The position numbers and the translations under genes are program-made. Shown here piece after piece: positions 60,369 to 64,000 of a DNA stretch of 64,000 nt (its first letter is position 1; each line of letters begins with the position of its first letter). Below the pieces are notes generated by a model, which did not search any database, was not told the DNA's origin, and saw only the letters and a program-made list of their open reading frames with translations. Location: positions 1-64,000 of the forward strand of contig CAVPGK010000013.1 of assembly GCA_963703955.1 (NCBI GenBank), read 5' to 3'. This DNA comes from Nitrospirota bacterium. Its GTDB lineage: Bacteria; Nitrospirota; Nitrospiria; Nitrospirales; Nitrospiraceae.

Positions 60369-61064
60369 CTACACATACCGATCATGATGACGAACCCAGT
60401 CCATCGTGGAATCGGAATTCTCATCTCTCCCTTTGGGGACGAGGTCCAACCAGTTGTAGGCTCCGTTCAACATATCAATCCCGCGGGCATAGGCCGAATA
60501 CGTGTGGAATACTTCCTTGTTTCGCCGGTAGAAAAAGCTCGCCCCAGGCATTTCGTCACTCATGTAAGACCCAGCCGTGTAATTATAGAAGGCCCGTCCT
60601 GCACGTTCGTCTTCATCCTTGAACGAGACCCCAAAATCGAAGTTGAAGTCCGACTCTAATGAAGATACCCATTTGAAGCTCCAGCCCATGCGCTTCTTAA
60701 ATTGTTCGATTCTGGAGAGCGCAGCCCGCGAGACCACGACAAAAGACACATCGCGGTGTGCCAAATGAACGGGGATGCCTTGAAAGCCGTCAGCCCAATA
60801 TGAACAACTCTTGCATCCTTGGTCCCAGTCCGGACCGAACATGAAATGGTAGATCGCGAGCTGCGATCTCCCCTCAAAAAGGTCCACGAAACTTTCTTTG
60901 CCCTTGAAGCTAGTGAAGGAGTACTCTTTTTCTATTTTTCGCCACGGCAGGGCGCGAATGTGAGCCGTCAATTTGTCCCTCAGCTTGGTGAACTCTTTTT
61001 CTTTCGCCAGAAGTTCCTTGCGTGCCTTCAACCATTCATCTTGTGAGACAATTGCGTGTTGCAT
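60369..61064 (-). CDS. DUF899 thioredoxin-like protein
   Basis: YHFMFGPDW, GCKSCS, FHTYSAYARG, LVPKGRDE. Confidence 0.9.
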   Translation of the reverse strand: MQHAIVSQDEWLKARKELLAKEKEFTKLRDKLTAHIRALPWRKIEKEYSFTSFKGKESFVDLFEGRSQLAIYHFMFGPDWDQGCKSCSYWADGFQGIPVHLAHRDVSFVVVSRAALSRIEQFKKRMGWSFKWVSSLESDFNFDFGVSFKDEDERAGRAFYNYTAGSYMSDEMPGASFFYRRNKEVFHTYSAYARGIDMLNGAYNWLDLVPKGRDENSDSTMDWVRHHDRYV

Positions 61065-61118
61065 ACCAACCTCCAGCGTCAGTTACTGCACAGGCCATGC
61101 AGAACTACGGTTCGAGAG

Positions 61119-61585
61119 TTATTGTTGCGCATATGCTTGCTTCAAAGTTTTAATGTCGAGCTTATCCATTTGAAGCATGGCCTTCATGACTCTTTCCGAT
61201 TTCTCGGCATTTTTGTCTTGCAACATCTCACTCAACACAGGAGGAACAATTTGTCTTTCAGCCAGCCGCACCGTCCCTTCTCTCCGCCTTCGGAGAGCTT
61301 TTCCCACATCTCATCTATTTCTTTCTGCGTCTCGCAATTCACGACAAATGAGATCGCCTCAGTAAATTTGAAAAGCGGCCCGCCGTTTAGTGCGACAAAT
61401 TCTTGCCCTTCGATCTCAAACGTCGCGGTCATGACCGTTCCCTTCGGTCTGCCGGAAACCCCCGCTCCTTGTTCTCCATAGCGGGTAATGCGTCCGGCCT
61501 TTGAATTCTTAAAAATCGACACATAAAATTTCATCGCTTCTTCGGCTTGATCGTCGAACCACAAGAACGGGGTGATTTTTTGCAT
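61119..61585 (-). pseudogene. PhnB/3-demethylubiquinone-methyltransferase-like VOC protein with internal deletion and frameshift
   Basis: QKITPFLWF...CGWLKDK joins QIVPP in another frame; FGxSW missing. Confidence 0.82.
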
Positions 61586-61631
61586 TGGTTTCTTCCTTCT
61601 ACGAAGTCGCGTCAACACGCTTTAGAACCTG

Positions 61632-61997
61632 CTAAACCGTGGGGAGTCCCGCAACTTCCCTCACCGGGCGGACCTCGACGGTTCCGATGCGCGCTCCTGG
61701 AATCCGAGTGGCGATGCCGATCGCCTCGTCGCGGTCCTTGGCATCAATAAGGAAGTAGCCGGCGAGTTGCTCGCGCGTTTCCACGAACGGACCGTCGGTC
61801 ACGAGCGGTTTGCCCTCGCGCACCCGAACGATGGCCGCCGTCGACGTCGGATGCAGCGGCGATGCACTCAGATATTTCCCGCTGGCGTTGAGCTGGTGCG
61901 TGAGCTGCACCGATTCCTCGAGCATCTGCTTGCGTGTGGTCTCGCTCATCTTGTCGAAGGCCTCTTCGTCGTGGTGAACCAGCAACATGTATTTCAT
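61632..61997 (-). CDS. YciI/DGPF-domain protein
   Basis: MKYMLL, DGPFVETREQLAGYF, VEVRP. Confidence 0.93.
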   Translation of the reverse strand: MKYMLLVHHDEEAFDKMSETTRKQMLEESVQLTHQLNASGKYLSASPLHPTSTAAIVRVREGKPLVTDGPFVETREQLAGYFLIDAKDRDEAIGIATRIPGARIGTVEVRPVREVAGLPTV

Positions 61998-62021
61998 CAA
62001 GCTCCCTCCTGATATCTCATA

Positions 62022-62047
62022 GTCGTTCACCTTCCCGATAATCGACA
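62022..62047 (-). promoter_or_regulatory. ECF42-type promoter
   Basis: TGTCGA-16 nt-CGAC upstream of a DGPF gene. Confidence 0.75.
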
Positions 62048-62116
62048 CCGGCCCTCCCGAGGTGCCGAGAAGGTGAGCGCCCAGTGTCTCGGAAGCTTAC
62101 GCCCGTTTTTATGCTG

Positions 62117-62470
62117 TTAAGACGGCAGGCCCGGCATCTCAATCACCGGTCTGACCTCGACGGTTCCCTTGCGCGCCATCGGTATCCGCGCTGCGACGGC
62201 GATCGCCTCGTCGAGGTTTTTGGCCTCGATGAGAAAGTAGCCGCCCAGTTGTTCGCGCGTTTCCGCGAATGGGCCGTCGGTCACGAGCCGTTTGCCGTTG
62301 CGCACCCGGACGCTGGTTGCCATTGATGTGGGGTGCAGCGGGTTGGCGGCCAGATAGTGCCCACTCGAGTGAATGTCGTGCGCGAGCTGCGTGGACTCCG
62401 CGTAACACTCCTGCCGCTCGCTCTCGCTCAACGCTTGCTCGTCAAGGTAAATCAGCAACATGTATTTCAT
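62117..62470 (-). CDS. YciI/DGPF-domain protein
   Basis: MKYMLL, DGPFAETREQLGGYF. Confidence 0.93.
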   Translation of the reverse strand: MKYMLLIYLDEQALSESERQECYAESTQLAHDIHSSGHYLAANPLHPTSMATSVRVRNGKRLVTDGPFAETREQLGGYFLIEAKNLDEAIAVAARIPMARKGTVEVRPVIEMPGLPS

Positions 62471-62486
62471 GTGGACGCCTCCATCA

Positions 62487-62512
62487 GTCAGTCGAACAGT
62501 GCCGAATCGACA
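62487..62512 (-). promoter_or_regulatory. ECF42-type promoter (variant -10)
   Basis: TGTCGA-16 nt-TGAC upstream of a DGPF gene. Confidence 0.6.
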
Positions 62513-62569
62513 CTCCGGCGGAGATTTTTATCATAGTGCATGTCTCTCGACGTCCATGCAACCTTGGCG

Positions 62570-62612
62570 CTCAGTTATCTCGTCCAGGTATCCCAAGGCA
62601 AATGAATTTCAC
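62570..62612 (-). pseudogene. 5' remnant of a fifth YciI/DGPF gene
   Basis: AGGAGG then GTG; reads MKFICLGYLDE after removing one G; the rest is missing. Confidence 0.55.
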
Positions 62613-63079
62613 CGTTTCCTCCTGCGATCATCTGACCGCGTGAGCACGGGCTTGATATCGACGACCGGTGTCCCGTCGACTGCCTCCATTGGCGTAACCC
62701 TCAACCGATGCCCGGCGACTTCCAAGACCGAAACCGTATGAAGTCCCACTGGGTTGGGACGATCCGACGACCGCGTCGCAAATACGCCCGTCAACGGTGT
62801 CTCGAGCTTCCCGCGAGGGTGCACCTGAAGCACGTCGCGTCGCGCGCGGTGAAGCCAGGTTAAAACAATAAGTTGGTCGCCAGCCGTGATGCCGACAAGG
62901 CCTTGCGCCACCGGTGGCATGAGTTCCAGCCAAGCTTCGGGAGCACCTTCATCTCCCTGGAGGGGCGCCGACTCGAGACGGGCCAGCTCGGAGTGTATGA
63001 CTCCAATGGGTTCGATTCGATAGCTGTGTTCATTCATTTCTCGTCCCGATGCACCTGCCGTTTTGGTTCTTTTGTTCAT
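62609..63079 (-). CDS. TrmO/TsaA (YaeB)-like SAM-binding protein, short form
   Basis: IEPIGVI, GVFATRSSDRPNPVGLH, DGTPVVDIKP. Confidence 0.88.
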   Translation of the reverse strand: MNKRTKTAGASGREMNEHSYRIEPIGVIHSELARLESAPLQGDEGAPEAWLELMPPVAQGLVGITAGDQLIVLTWLHRARRDVLQVHPRGKLETPLTGVFATRSSDRPNPVGLHTVSVLEVAGHRLRVTPMEAVDGTPVVDIKPVLTRSDDRRRKR

Positions 63080-63165
63080 GTTTATTCTCTTAATTTACCC
63101 ACGTTAGAGTCTCCTTTGATGGGGTCAGACACAGAGTGGCTCCTTACGATGGAGCGGCCGGCCGG

Positions 63166-63522
63166 CTACTGCCGGTGTAGCTCCATGACCGGTCGTACCT
63201 CCATGCTTCCAATGCGCACCGATGGAAACTTCGAAGCCACCTGAATGGCCTCATTGAGGTCTCTCGCGTTGATGAGAAAGAATCCGCCAATCTGCTCCTT
63301 CGTCTCGGCGAAAGGACCATCGGTAACGGACACCTTCCCGTTCCGGACCCGCACGGTCGCGGCCATCTCAACCGGTTCGAGGGGCTCCGCCGCAATGAGG
63401 TGGCCACTCTTGTGGAGCGCCTCGCAGTAGGTCGAGGTTTCGCCCATGAGCGCCTCGCATTCGCTTTTGGACATGTCGGCAAACTTCTTCTCCTCGGTGC
63501 AACACATGAGCATAAATTTCAT
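63166..63522 (-). CDS. YciI/DGPF-domain protein
   Basis: MKFMLM, DGPFAETKEQIGGFF. Confidence 0.93.
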   Translation of the reverse strand: MKFMLMCCTEEKKFADMSKSECEALMGETSTYCEALHKSGHLIAAEPLEPVEMAATVRVRNGKVSVTDGPFAETKEQIGGFFLINARDLNEAIQVASKFPSVRIGSMEVRPVMELHRQ

Positions 63523-63586
63523 GGCTCGAAACCTCCGATCTGGGATGTGAAACGATCCGAACCTAAAACGCTGTTGACATAGGATA

Positions 63587-63612
63587 GTCGTCGAGGAGGG
63601 CCAAAATCGACA
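63587..63612 (-). promoter_or_regulatory. ECF42-type promoter heading the cluster
   Basis: TGTCGA-16 nt-CGAC. Confidence 0.75.
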
Positions 63613-63846
63613 GGGTCTCGCGTCATGGGAAGACTGGCATCGAGCGAAAAGCGTTAGGTCGGCAGGGCAGCAGGATTTCTGAGTGTAATGCTTGACAAGT
63701 TTTCGTAAGCGAGTGATAGTCCGCGCAGAATAGGACTTCATTCAAGTTCAAGGCGAACCTCGGCTACCTCCCAAACTTCACCTGTGAAATCCACACGGTG
63801 AGAATGGGGGGTATGATCTTCTTCTAAATCGAGAAAGGTCCCGCTT

Positions 63847-64000
63847 ATGAAACAGTGTCCGGGAATTTTTTGTGAACACGTTGGTTGGCGGCTTGCTCGT
63901 CGTCGTTCCGATTTACCTCGCCGTTTTGCTGCTGCTCAAAGCCATGCAGTCGGTAGCGGGCCTGGTGCGGCCATTTGCGATGTTGCTCCCGGACTCGCTC
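63847..64000 (+). CDS. DUF502-like membrane protein, 5' part only (apparent frameshift near start)
   Basis: FVNTLVGGLLVVVPIYLAVLLL; upstream TTGACA-17-GATAGT at about 63692. Confidence 0.6.
   Translation, partial: MKQCPGIFCEHVGWRLARRRSDLPRRFAAAQSHAVGSGPGAAICDVAPGLA

Overview
Bacterial chromosome segment, roughly 58-60% GC by eye. Gene content and intergenic repeats suggest Nitrospira/Nitrospirota (inference). 1-5.3 kb is decayed mobile DNA around tRNA-Leu(CAG): an IS3-family element, a degenerate tRNA-fMet 3' half with arm-like repeats, two convergent tyrosine-integrase remnants, a LuxR solo and a pseudo-receiver. 5.3-32 kb is mostly core genes: rplI-glyA-nrdR, a Rossmann-fold/HisKA_3 two-component pair, two tatA, an alginate-export porin, recQ and thrH, with several palindromic intergenic repeats. 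33-50 kb is a Wzx/Wzy polysaccharide locus with a short OPX plus separate beta-barrel, Wzc, a WaaL-TPR protein and an ArsC/LMW-PTP. 51-57 kb holds small accessory genes, including an RRM protein with a long structured leader. 57-63.6 kb is the most striking part: a co-directional cluster of four DGPF/YciI paralogs (plus a fifth remnant), two VOC proteins, SRPBCC, DUF899, a TrmO-like protein and a beta-propeller/ubiquitin-like pair. Three copies of a TGTCGATT-N14-(C/T)GACT ECF42-type promoter lie in it, with no cognate sigma factor in the window. Many single-base indels break ordinary genes (rplI, porin, PQQ dehydrogenase, EVE), which points to uncorrected long-read consensus errors. All calls come from motif recognition; no searches were run.
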